64,000 bases of DNA, from the NCBI GenBank assembly GCA_973851085.1, contig OZ316775.1, positions 12,276,001 through 12,340,000 of the forward strand, in the 5' to 3' direction. This document shows positions 27,208-40,296 of the stretch, piece after piece; positions within the stretch are counted from its first letter, which is position 1, and each line of letters starts with the position of its first letter. The notes beneath the pieces are model-generated. The model searched no databases. It was not told where the DNA came from and saw only the letters and a list, made by a program, of their open reading frames with translations. The DNA comes from Ptychomitrium polyphyllum (taxonomy: Eukaryota). The translations under genes and the position numbers were made by a program.

Positions 27208-30200
27208 CTGACACTGCATGTTCTCTTTCATACCACAGTGACATTACAGGTTTGTCACTAATTAATTCCAAAAATGAATGAGAATATTTCTTAGAAATTC
27301 TTTTGACAGGAAAAATAAGTTTTATAGAACATTTATGTTAATAGCATATAATTTTAGAAGCTATTGAAATATTTGTCAAAATGGTAATGCAACTGCTGTA
27401 TGATTGCTATATGCATTTACAATTTTGCCATTGAGAACTATGAAAGGGCTTACAATTTAATCTTTGTCATTGTAGAATACATGATTGTAACAAGCCCTCC
27501 ATAATTTTCAGTCAATTTTGAGAACAGCTCTCTACCTTAACAAAAATAAGTAGTTATATTATAGCATTGACCTGTACAAATTTGTAGTTCACTTATATAT
27601 AACCTGCATGAAAAAATTATATCAATATCCACCAACCAGATTGAAATATTGTAACATGTATATGTATGTATTCTTGGGTGCAAAACTACATGTGCTGAAT
27701 TAAAGTTCCATAGAATCTGCAAAACATTTTCTAAAATCTCAATAAATTAGTTCATAGGTGCAACAGGGAGTTAGGATTCCAATAGCACTCGGTACATACA
27801 AAGCAGGGACCTTAGAGAGTACTATCAGCATTGCTCCAAGCAACCAGGAGTCTGAACTACAGATCCAAAATTTATAGAGCTCATAGTAATTCATTACATG
27901 ACTTCTGCTCAAATCATATACAGAAGTACTCATTGTTGGAAAGAGAAGCCAACCATCAAAACAGATTTAACCAAACAGGCACTTCTTCATTTACAAGTAA
28001 TACCTGAAAATAACAAATATAATACACTTGCATACAGATACAGGGCCTTGTTGTTTTTCAAAGTCTTCTAACACGATCACAAGGCATGTGTAGTATCTTT
28101 CTGATAAGCATTCAATCTCTCCAAAAGTGACTACTTTTGGTGTGCATTCTTGTACACTGTTGTATTCTTCATTTCTTCTTCACACTTTGTTGTTTCCAAG
28201 AGCAGCATATATGTCCCCATTGTGAATGATGTGCAGGTACAGCTTGAGTTTTCTTTTATTTAAAATTTTCAATGGTCTTTTCATCCATCTATCATATAAA
28301 TTTTGACATTATATGCATTTCATAAGTGTCCAGATTTGAACCTTAGACATGAAAGTTTAGATCACATACTGATTTCAAGTCATTCCATTTCTGTTGCCCT
28401 CTTGACTTGAAAATTATGAGTTGGGTTGTAAAGGGTTAGAGATGATAGCACACTATTGTGCACCAATTTCTCTACTAGAAGCTATTGTATCTTAGAATTT
28501 TGAAAACTTTCAAAAATGAGAAGTTGTTTGCATCTCCTCTCTATCATAGACTCTATTTGATGGATTATTTTTCACTATGCAAACACAAAGCTTCTCTATA
28601 ATTCAATAGTATCTAGCTTCATAATTAGTAGTCAAAATGCTAGTAACAAAGTGAATTTACTTTTGAAAATAATGGGAATTTTAAGCAAGATGACTAGGAA
28701 ATAAAAATCTCCTCAATTGGTGCACCAACTATGCTATTAACCTTAATGTGATGTATTTGTTGATGAAAAAATTTAATATATATTATCTTATTGTTGAATG
28801 AAAAATGAAAATTTTACATAAAATAGAAGGTAGTAATTCTATCAAGCTTCCAATAAATTTACATATGTATGTAGCTTTATAAAACATTTATTATTTTATA
28901 ATATGTCTACTATAATACAACTACTTTTTTTTTCCTTAATGGAAATCTTTTCTAAATAAATCAAAATTAATCCAACTTGATATAAAACTTATTTAAATAA
29001 TCTTACTTCACATCTATAAATTGGCTTTGGCCACATCATGCAAAAACCTATACATAATATGATTAATGAAAGTGATTTAGACTTTATAAATTTTTTATAG
29101 AATCTATTGTATGAAATTAACAAAAATGACTTTAATCTTGAATTTTAGAATTTTAGAATAAATCCTTTATAAACATAGATGTCTTGTAAATTTAGATTGT
29201 ATAATTTAAAAGAATGAAAAAATTGTTTTACTTCAATATAGGACTTCAGTATTTCACTATAATAACAAAAATAGCATTAATTGATTTTTTTTCTTTTTTC
29301 TATTTATTCAATTGAAATTAAACTAAATATAAATTAATTTATATTATCTTTTCAAATATAACCTTATTCACCATTAAAGATAAATATGTACATTTTTCTA
29401 AACTAAATTAACTCTGTATCCATATCTATTTAATTAATGGATGCTTAGAGTTTATGTATTTTCATGTAATACACTCATTAAACTTGGTCAAAACTCTCAA
29501 AAATAATTGAAAGTGAAATTTTATATTTTAAACTTTGAAATTGAAGTTAGTATTTAAAAACATATAAAAATAAATGAATGTACGATTATGCACATTTGAC
29601 AATGTTTCCTATGTAACTCAATAAAAACAAATTATTAATATAGAATTCAATACTAATAAAAAATTCATTGATTTTTAGGATTTAATACTCTTAAATTATT
29701 TAATTTGTATTTCAAAATCTTTTTATTTATTCAATAAGCACCAATGGTTTGTGGCTATAATGTAATCTAATATTTCTTAAATACAATTCTCAATTAGAAC
29801 TTATGTATGAACAATGAACTATTTTATAAGATTAAAATTTTACCACATATTAAAATTTATCAATTATTAAAAAATAGAATATATGGTATATTTACCTGCT
29901 TACAATGGCTACTTAATGATACAATTTACATTGACATTCATTTTTGTTAATATTTTATACTGAATCTAGGAGCTAATCCATACAAATATGACTGTAGTAG
30001 AAAAAAATTATATTTTTAATATACGTATTTTTTATTTAAAACTTTGCATGTTAACAAATACGTGAAATTATTTCAAAAAGAATAAGAATATTATTCAATT
30101 AAAAAAAATTAAAAGTTGTTAATGCAAATATCAAATGGCACGCAAAATTCAATATCTATACATAATGAACAAAATTCAATAACTATATTATGGGATATAG

Positions 30201-33200
30201 TTATTGAAGGTTAATATGTTTGTTGGCTTCTCAACATAGAATACTAAATATTTTTATTATTGGAGATGTAAACACTTAGCTTGTTTTTATCTTCAAGAGA
30301 TACTTCTAATGATACATAAACTATTCATTGTAAAAGACGTTGGTACAATTTTAAAAAGTCTATATTTTTACCAATTTATCTATAATCATGAGCAATAAAA
30401 TGAGTATTAATGCAGTTTAAACTTAAAAAAACTTAGAATTTTTTTTTCAAAATATAATTTGTTGGTCATGTTATAATGGTTAATGGATAATTGTTTCAAA
30501 TACAAAATTCACAATTAAATACATGCATACAGAAAGAGTTCTTAGTTCCTTAAGCATTTATTAGTTATTTTTACAACTATTTTAATACTTTTAAATCTAA
30601 AGGTTCTTATTCTATGCAATATCTGCTTTCTTCACAAATTTATCATTAAGTAGAAGTACAAGGATGCAATAGCTAGTTGCATCTACTAGTTATAAATCAA
30701 TAGGCTTTATATTTACATCTATGAATTTTTATTGAAAATTTTGTTGCCTAATACTTGATTTATTATTATAGATTTTATGCATATTGAAATTAAATCTAGG
30801 TTGAAATTAGGTGTCTTTTAAATTGTTGGAGCTATAAGATAAGCATATTCATTATCACTTTTTTTTATAACTACCAACATTATAAGACTACTAACAGATA
30901 ATCAAAAGACATTGATTAAATACATATCAATAACCATTGAAGGCAAAATAAATGGGAATGAATGAGTGCTGGTGATAAGGCCTATGAAGTCATTAAAAGA
31001 TGGTTTAAATGGAGAAGAAGGTAAATTTATACTACATTGAAAAAAAAATCCATTAAATAAATAAATACTTGATGAATTGGAAGTTTTGAATGAAATGTAG
31101 GTGATTGTGCATGCATTTAGGTAGTAATTATTTATTAATTTTTTTGTGATTTTTGGACTAGTATGCTTGTGTTTTATGGAACTTTGCAAAAAAATTCTTT
31201 AAAATTTATGATTAATTCAAATTTTATTGAAATAACTTGATTTAATTTGCAATCATTTCCAAAACTTTGACCTCAATTCAAAATTATATATAATAATAGT
31301 CTATAAGATTCATAAACAAACACAATCATTAGCATGATAGTAAGAAACATGCTTACTTCACTTCTAGATAACAAAGAACAATTCACACTTTGCAATACAA
31401 TTGGATGTGGTTTTTGATGTAATATAATGTAGTAGTAGTAGTGCCTTAAGAGGCCGTGCTACCAACCACGGCCATAATCATGAATGTTTCTATAACCTTA
31501 AATTTTGAAATTAAATTTCCATTAATTTAGAATTAAAAAAATTTGAAAACCTTATAAAAGTTGTTTCATAGCAATTTAGACATGTAGATGTGCCAAATTG
31601 CTTAAAATTGTTGTTATAAGAATTTATCTTATCAATTCTTATAATACTACCACAAATAGATAAGCCAACTCCTTCCAATTAGATCTTTTTATTGCTATAG
31701 AAAAGACATGCTTATGACCATCTAAGATGATTATGCAAGAAAGTTCATTGGAGCTCAAATTTTTATATGGTAGAATACTTGATTTTTAAATTCTTTAGAT
31801 GGATGATTTTGCACTACAATAAACAATGGTAATTTTTTTTTACTTATTTTCTAGTTGTTAAAATTTGTAAACATAAAGTAGCTAACTAAATGCTTTATCA
31901 TAGTATTGTAGTGCATTCATGTAAAGAAGTATTAAGACTTTTTTGAAAATAAATTGCAGCCTTTAAAACCTTGATTAATTTTACTTTTGCTACAAAATCC
32001 TTAATACGGCTTAAACTTACAATTTATAGATAAATACAATTTTATTGTTTTTATCTTCATAAATTTTTAATAATTTTATTTTAACAAAAATATTTTTGAA
32101 CGCCTTTAGCTTTGTGATTATAATCATAACATCTTGCATCAAATGATCTTGCATCACTTCAATAATAGAATATTTTAGCAAATATTCTACTTCTATTAAT
32201 GTTTAGCAAAATTTAACACTTGAAAAGGATAAGATGTTATTCTTCTATTCTTGATCATGGTGCATAGTCATGATGCTTAAAAATGCTCTAATTGTATTAT
32301 AATTTAGATTCAATATTCTTTAGTACTAAGTAGTGTTGTCACAATTGACATATCAAGATGATAGAGGTATAGTCTAACCTCACTATTATGATATTCAAAT
32401 ATATGACAACCTTGACTATATGACTTATTTTTGTGCAATCAATTTATCTAGTTTAAAATTCCTCTTATAATACAACTATGACACATTATAATACAACAAT
32501 TAAGACCTTCTATTTCTCATATAGTAGAATTAATTAATGCTTAATATAGATTAATATCATTGAAAATGATGAATATTGAAAAAATATATGGTACTTCAAT
32601 TGAAGACCTTATAAGAACTTTCAAAATCTAAAACTAAAAAATGAAGGCTGGATTTGACGTTGGCGGCTAGGATTTAGGTGGTAGATAGGGCTTATATTTT
32701 AGCTAAGATTGATTGCCATTAACAAACTTAGTGTTGCTAATTTGGTAGACATGATGTATTTTAAATATTTCATAACCATTGTAATGTGTTCCTATAATTA
32801 TTTTGGTTAAAATTTGAAACCCTCAATAATATGACACCAAATGCTCTAAATGTCATATAATAAAAAATGCAATAGTTTGATCATATGACAATTTTGTTGT
32901 TTTCCAAACTTATCATATTAGAGTGGAACAATAGTAGTGTACAACATATGTTAGAAACATAGTTTAGTATAAAATGCCAATATCATGTGTGATGCATCAG
33001 GAATAAATATGTTTGAACAAACAAGCATGATGAACAAATAGTCATAGACTCTTCATATAAGCCAATTCCACTTGCAATTGGAGTTCTTATTCATTAAATG
33101 ATGGACCCTTATAAGGATAACTCATTAAAACTTATCTTTTCATCATAAATCCTACAAATTTCTAAATGGATAACACCAGCTTTAAATTATAATGGTCTAT

Positions 33201-36200
33201 TAATGATTTAGCCATTACATCCATAATTTGAACAAGTTTTCTTATAATAAAACGATACCTTATGAGAAGATTAATAATTATAGCAAATAATTTTTAAAAA
33301 AAAAAAAAATCTAATTAAAAGATGATGAAAAAGAGTATTAAGATTGAATTTTAAATTATTGTAAGCTAAAAAATCTATAAGAATTGTTGTTACAATTGCA
33401 ATGTAAAGTAAAACATAAAAATTAAAAGTATCATTACCAATTTTCAAAAATCCATTAATATGGATAATTTGATTTAATGAAATATATATAAGAGGTTGGA
33501 TTCAAAATTATACTAGTCTTTGAAGTTATTTTGATTGAAGTTAATATTATTGATGGATGTGTTTTGTAAAGGATTGATAACAAAAGGATACACTAAGCAT
33601 GCCTCAAATAATTAAATATAATAATAATGAATTCAATAATAAAGGATAAAATTTGTTAAAAGAATAATGAATTATTAAGTTATTTATAGAAGAAGAATTT
33701 TGGTAGTCAAAATAAAGTGTTTTGTTACTATTTGGTTTTTATAGATGTAACATTATATATTATTTTATTAATAAACATAATTGCATAACCTTCGTTAAAG
33801 GCAAGTTTAATTTGAAATAATAAACTTCAATGAATAATTGACATATATTATTACTTCATTGATTGAGATTTTTGAACTTCCCAAGTTAATATTAGATCTG
33901 GCACATAAGTGCCAATTTGATGTTTGAACCATGATAGATGAGCTAAAAGATTAATAATAAGTTATAAAAAGAATAATTTTTTTTTTAGTTTAGATGATAG
34001 AAAAATTCAATAATTAAATTTAACAATAATTTTATTTAAATTTACATGCATTTTTATACTTCATATAAGGCTTTCAATTTGCCAAAGGTAATTTAAATTA
34101 AAAATATATCAAAAGTTTTTATTACATTTTGTAAAAAATATCTTTAGTGTGCATTACTGAGTTTAATCCTTATTGCACTCATATGTTTCTTCTGTTGATT
34201 TGAAAAACCCATATTTTTAAAAAGAAGTATGTATTTTTTTACTGAAATTTTGGAGCAAAACATATACTGTATTTTTTAATATTACAAATTGTATGATCTT
34301 CTTGTACATAGAATGAATATGTGAATACATTTTCATAATCCAAAATTTATTGTTGTTGCAAGATTATTAGTATTCAACTAAGTTCGACGAACAATTTTAA
34401 ATTCCAAATTAAATCATTTTATTTCTAAAATCTATACAGAAATAATAATAAATAATTAAATTATATAATGTTTTTAAAAGTTTAATTACCAACTTCTCTG
34501 GCGAATAAAAATCCATTGTATTGATAAAATAAAGAGCTTTTAATAAAAGATATAAAACAATTGTGAAAAGATGTCTTTCACTAGTCTAATGATTCAACTT
34601 CAAAGCTTTTCAATTCAAAGTCTTAAATTCAATTATTAAATGTTAAAAAGCAAGGTAAGAAAAAAAAAAGAACAAGAAGGAAGGGAAAGGATTAAAAAAC
34701 ATACCATCAAAATTTGCTTATAATTTTGCTTAATAACAAAGAATAATTTTTGTTAAATCTTATGTAAATTGGATGGTTGAAGAACATTTAGAATAAAAGA
34801 ATAACATTGTATCTGTGAAAATTTCATATTTATATGTGACAATTTTTTTCTTATTTTTAATGAATAAATCATTAATTTATCCTTTGACCTTTTTAGTAGG
34901 AATGCTTTTAAAATTAACCTTATTGATATTTGTAAAAACATCATTTATAACATTTTCCTGTGCTATGTGGAGTTTTTACAAATATAATAAAATAATACAC
35001 CAAAATAATGTTTTTAAGATTCACTTTTTAAAAAATATAGGACATTCGATTATTAAAACATATGATGTATTTAAGTTTATATTTACAGAGATATTTTCTT
35101 TTATAATGATGGTTAGTTAACAACTTTAGTTTGATGTAGTAATGTTAATAACATTGGTGTTTTAGAACAAGTCAAAAAACCATGGTGCAAATTGATAAGT
35201 GTAACAAACTAAAGTTCAAGAATGTGTGAAAATTCAAAACAAGGAATGAAAATTCATATTTGTTGTAGTGAATGATAAGATGGCATAATTTTTGTAACAC
35301 CTTTCATTCATGATGTAAACATAATATTTCTACTTAATTTTTGATATGTAATGATAAAATATATCATGTTTTGATGCTATTTGATACAAGTGTATAATTT
35401 TGGAAAAAAAATAATTCTATCATTGAAGGAAATAATGAACAAAGAAAGCTTTGAAGATAATGTCGTTAAATAAGTCAGTACATTTATAGAAAATCAAATT
35501 TTAGACTAAACATTCTTAGACATCATATCTCATTTTACAACTACAAAGAGCAAAAATCTACAGAGTTAACAATTCGGTTTAAAAAAAGAACAAACTACTT
35601 TAAAACTTTGATACAATTTTTGAAAAAGTTACATGTACAAATTTAACCCTTTGAGACACCTAAGGTAATCCAGGTTGGCAGAGTACACATATCAAACCCA
35701 AACGGATTTCAAAAAGGCAAACTTCTTTTATCTGTGTTCTCAAAAGAAAATACGAAAGGCAAAAGATGGACATCTGTATGATACTTCAAGTTCGGAACTC
35801 TGTCAGATTCTTTGTAAGAAGACAATGTTCGGATTTTTTGGGCATCTATGAGATCTACTGTACCAGGTTCTTAGTTGAAGCCTGGATATTTGGTACAAAA
35901 GTTCTTAATCCATGTGCTTGCACACATCTGGCTGAGGAAGCAGGACATGTTGTACCCAAATTAGTGCAGGGTTAAGAAGAGTGCCAGTCTACCAGACCCA
36001 GCAGATTGGTAAACACCAATAATAAATACTCCCCCTTGTGAGGGTTATCCATACTACCGTGGGTGTTGGTATGTTTGCACGTTATTGGGTAAACGTATTA
36101 TTCAAAAAAATTCTTTCAGTAACTGCATGTAGAGAAAAACTGCTTCCTTATCCATTTAATAAACCAACTGTGTAGAGTTCAGAAGCATTACAGAAACGTC

Positions 36201-37451
36201 CTCGCAACTGTCATTTTGAAAGCTCAATTTTGTTTAACAAAATTTAAAACTTTCTTCTGCTTACCTTTTATATGTTAGAACAGAATCTGCATGGATCTGC
36301 TTGAGTTTTTATAATCTTAGATTTTTGATTAATTATTATAGAGAAATGAACTTCTCAAAATGGTAAAAAAACCCACAATTGTATAAGAGAAATTGGAGTT
36401 TTTCTGTAATATTATTCCAATTGTTTATAAAATATATTCCTGTAATGTTGAGTGTAATCAGTTTAATTACTAACAAAACCGGAACAACCCAAAGCCGGAG
36501 CATTCTACATAATGTCACATAGGTACAGGAATCATTTTGTGAAACCATTTTTGCAATTGAAGTTGACGTGGTGACTTAGTTAAAATCTTGGAATACCGAA
36601 TTCAACTAATTAGGCACTTTAATTCTTAAGATTCCAGATTGTCCTGAGACATGTCACACAAAAATAGAATAAACTAAAGCAAAATAACATATACATATAT
36701 ACATACATAAATGTAGGCAGGTGGTAGAAAATAATAATAATTTGCAGATGAGGCAATTCAATACCCCTGTTTAGTGTGCTTATCATGCATACCTTGGAAA
36801 TTGGAAGACAACATTACATCATGTACTAAAAAGTGAATACCGTATTTACAAGAGGTTAGAGTAAAGTTTCACCCACTGCGACAAAGGTACTGTGTAATGT
36901 CATGCCTTGAGCATCTAGTTGACCCATGATTTACAGTTATTTCGGTTTTGATGCATCCCATCCCATGTGTAACAGTCCTGGCAGCACTAGAAAGAAATTT
37001 ACGAAACGTAGAAACATGACCATCAAATTACTGAGCCCGCCCCCGCCATCCTTCCTTCCAGGCTCCATTGCATGCAGTGCAGAGACTAGGGAGTGCACTG
37101 GGGAAGAGCAAAAATGAAGTAAAGTGATAATGACTGGAGCGACGGGCAAAGCATTACTGTATTGCATTAATATATTACTTCAAGTGAGGGGTCAAGCAAG
37201 GCTTTGCTGTTCTTTTTGTGGTGTTTTGGCCTGTGTGTGCAAGACTGACTGTCCAGTGCTTGCACTGCGTGGTGGTGGCCCCTCATGATGCCTGGTTCTC
37301 TCGTTCCGTGCTTCCGCTCGCACTGTCTTGTTGTTGCGCAGGCCTCGACACCCGCACAAAAGCCCGCCTGCTCACGCTCAGGCTCACTGATCCAATTAGT
37401 ATACTTTCCCACCTCTACCCCAGGCTCTCTTCATCCAACCATCACGCCTCC

Positions 37452-37510
37452 ATCCTCCCACCAGCTTCTCACTAGATCCTCCCACCAGCTTCCCAGTAGA
37501 TCCTCCCTCC
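37452..37510. repeat. 24-bp tandem repeat, about 2.4 copies
   Basis: atcctcccaccagcttctcactag / atcctcccaccagcttcccagtag / atcctccc. Confidence 0.85.
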
Positions 37511-37805
37511 GCCCACTTGTAGACGTCTAGCCTCTCATCAACGTTGATGATGCTTTTTGTTTGTTTTTAGAGTGCTCTGAGTGGACTATGTACCTTGCCT
37601 TTTCTTCCCTGCCACTAGCTTGTATACCTCCCGGCCTGGAGACGAGGCTTGTTGGAGAAGCGGTTGCAAGGTGGGCGCCCTAGTTGCGAGGGTGCCGCTT
37701 GTCGTCGGCGAGAGAACTGGAATATAGATGATATATTCCCCGAGACCATATGGATTCCTGATGCGCTTCTAGTTGCTATCTTGGTCGGACTTACACTTTG
37801 TCAGA

Positions 37806-37824
37806 AAACTTGCACTGCAAGCAA
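37806..37824. promoter_or_regulatory. SNBE-like palindromic NAC-binding site
   Basis: aaaCTTgcactgcAAGcaa fits the SNBE consensus WNNYBT-N7-AMGNHW. The consensus is degenerate, so a chance match is possible. Confidence 0.3.
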
Positions 37825-38350
37825 CTCCGTGAAGTTTCTCCGCTGAGAAGTAGTGAGTGCAGCTCTGTGTCTTGAGAGACTGGGGTTGAGTGGGTAGACT
37901 AGTTGCCTACTCAAGAGCTGTTTGTAATAACGTAGCGATTGGGCCCGTGTATGATATTATTGAGACGTGCAAGTAGATTCAGCCTGGCTTGCTTGTTTTC
38001 ATTTGATAGCTGCGGCGCATAATCCAACCGTCTGTGTTTGGGTGAATCAATAGACTAGCACTATCTGAGAGGAGATCAATCGTCACTCCCGAGAAGAAGA
38101 GCAGCTAGCCCAGCCTGGAGGTGGTGCAAGGTGGTGCAAGGTGTTGTTGGTGTGCAAGGCACCGCCAAAGTGAACCAGCAGTGCACGTTTCCTGCGAGGA
38201 TAGGCTGCCACCATTCGTGTGAGGCCACCTGCAGCCAGCGTGAAAGGTTTGTGCCCGTCACCTTTCCATGAACCATGGCCGTACTCCTATTCTCAAGTTC
38301 GTTGGACGATCATGTTGTCTAGTCGGATGGATATTCTGAAGATACCGGGA

Positions 38351-38446
38351 CTTATAAATTCGAGCAACATCGTCGGCATACTACTCTCCTCCAACACAAG
38401 ATCGATCGATCAATCTAGCTGACTGTGGTGAAGCTTGAAATGAAGG
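38351..38446 (+). promoter_or_regulatory. Candidate TATA box and non-coding first exon of the NAC gene
   Basis: cttataaat at about 38351, pyrimidine-rich start region, donor gaag/gtcgca at about 38446, and acceptor gtgtgcag(cag) at about 40253-40256 before ATG 40297. Confidence 0.4.
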
Positions 38447-40296
38447 TCGCATTTATTCTTAGAATGTCTGAGTTCGCAAGCAGGATTAGTAGCGACACAT
38501 GAGCCATAAACAATATTCTGAATAATTTCTTAGTTGAGGTGGGAAACCGAAGATCTGTACCCAATTAGTATCTTCACGAACATCGATAACATGCAGCGCT
38601 ACCTCTGGCTAATCAAGAAAAAGAAGTGAATGCCAAACTTGAGAGGAACTAGAGGTCCAGAGGACTTAATTTCTGAACAAACTTAGTCCTGTTGTATCAT
38701 GAACAGTTCGTTAATTAGTGGACTTCAGGAAAGACTTTCACGCATTGTCATGCAGATTGAGTCCTGAGTTCGACTCACAATGATTGATCCTCGTCAAAAA
38801 CTTGTGAATACATTTGTTTGAGGTCCCGTGATACGATCTCCTCGTGGAAGTAGTGACCAAAAACTGTAGTACCTTGCCGTGTTTACTCCTCCAGCTTCTA
38901 TGTCTTATCATATTTTTCTCTTCTTTTTTTTGAAGAAGTTTGAGCCTAGTGAGTTAGTAGGTCCTGCTGTTTTACCCCTTATTATTTTGGGTCATTTTGG
39001 ACGAAGAGAGATTCATATGTAGTGGTCAAAGCGTTGACGACGTCGAAGCAGAATGAGCATGATACACTTGTTACTGATCGTGTACGATTGGAGGCAATTT
39101 CACACGACAGCAGAACCGATAACGTGGCCGTAGAGACCGGAGTGTCAAGAGCGAAAATATTCAACAAAAACAGTACCTCAAGCAATGTGCGCCGCACTAC
39201 TTAACGTAGCACTTGTAGTACCTCTTAACCCTGAACAATGATCTAGGTAGTCCTTCTGGGCTCTACAAGATGAGTCTCCAAGTATTGTGAACTTGCTGAG
39301 GTTCTGTTTTAGCAGATCTGTGTTTGATTTTCTTATGGATCACTAAACGTCGTCTTTGCGAGCTCCAATGGTCCAGCACTGCGTCATTGCGCAATGATTT
39401 TTTTCAGCGAGAGATCGGAGTATGTACTATGTCAGGGAATGGTTTAATGACTTCTTTGACCGAACCATACAACTCTGGTCAGATCTATACTCGATGCGTC
39501 TTAATGAATCTTGGTCCCGCTGCAGGCAGCTAGTTGACAATATTTCCAGGACTCTGCAGCCTAGCTAACGGTGATGGAGGCTCCTGACATGCAATTGGGG
39601 GCTTGATCGGTTTTGTCAGGAACTAGAGGAGACCACTGACTGTATAGGATTAACTACAAACCATTACAGGTCTTAGATGGGCTTCAAGGTAAATTATAGA
39701 TAGGGGCTATAAGTCTACTGTATCGGTTGGAGCAGGTCGCGGATGGGGTAAACTTTTTCTGAAACGGGAACCGTTTCCGAAGAATTATTCTTTCAAACTG
39801 TCTTAAACTTCAACCTGGCTGACAAGGTCGCTAAAAATTTGTTCTTTCAAGTTTCTTCTAAGTGCTTACATCAACCACTTGACCACAGTACGTTCACTGG
39901 AGAGTTCGCAGGACACAATAATTAGTATATATTGATTCGGTAGGTTCCTCTTTCAGGACCAGTTTGATCCCACACTCGAAGAACAGTTACTCACGTTTGA
40001 TCAAGGCCCCTAGGCCAGAGTTGAAATATATGACCCATTTCTATTTGGTTGATTTTTTGGTAGACTTCGCAATTCCCTGCACAACGATTTTCAAAAGAGC
40101 TGGGTTCCATGCAGAATTAATCTCTGAAAGATAAATCTATATCGCTCCTCCACAGAAGCTGAGACAATAACGATTTTTCTCTTTTGAGTTTACTCTGTAT
40201 TATACTTGGTTTTGACTAACTTTAGGGGGATGATTTGGTGATCCTGTGTGCAGCAGTGAAAGAAGAGAAGGAGAAGGAGAAGATATAACCCTTGCA

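Larger units (their letters stand above)
26808..37740 (-). other. Putative multi-exon gene B locus, unknown product, 5' half unresolved
   Basis: GC-rich 5' region at 37.1-37.75 kb with minus-strand donors. Acceptor ttccccag precedes ATG 37068 (MEPGRKDGGGGLSNLM). Further exon-like islands at 35.7-36.0 and 27.6-28.2 kb. An AT-rich block of about 7 kb lies in between. Confidence 0.3.

Noticed and set aside
32915..32950. LEWNNSSVQH as a Helitron Rep motif
   Set aside because: Too weak a match to E.Q.RG..H.H, and no helicase motifs were found nearby.
35643..35975. piggyBac-like ends TTAACCCT...AGGGTTAA, with similar words at about 11315, 15772 and 28430
   Set aside because: There are only 4 bp of inverted match beyond TTAA, the orientations are inconsistent and no transposase is present.
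36005..36080. Possible miRNA-like hairpin
   Set aside because: The pairing is too short and interrupted by eye.
36978..37020. Intron joining MEPG...NLM to DCYTWDGMHQ
   Set aside because: At 43 nt it is too short to be credible.
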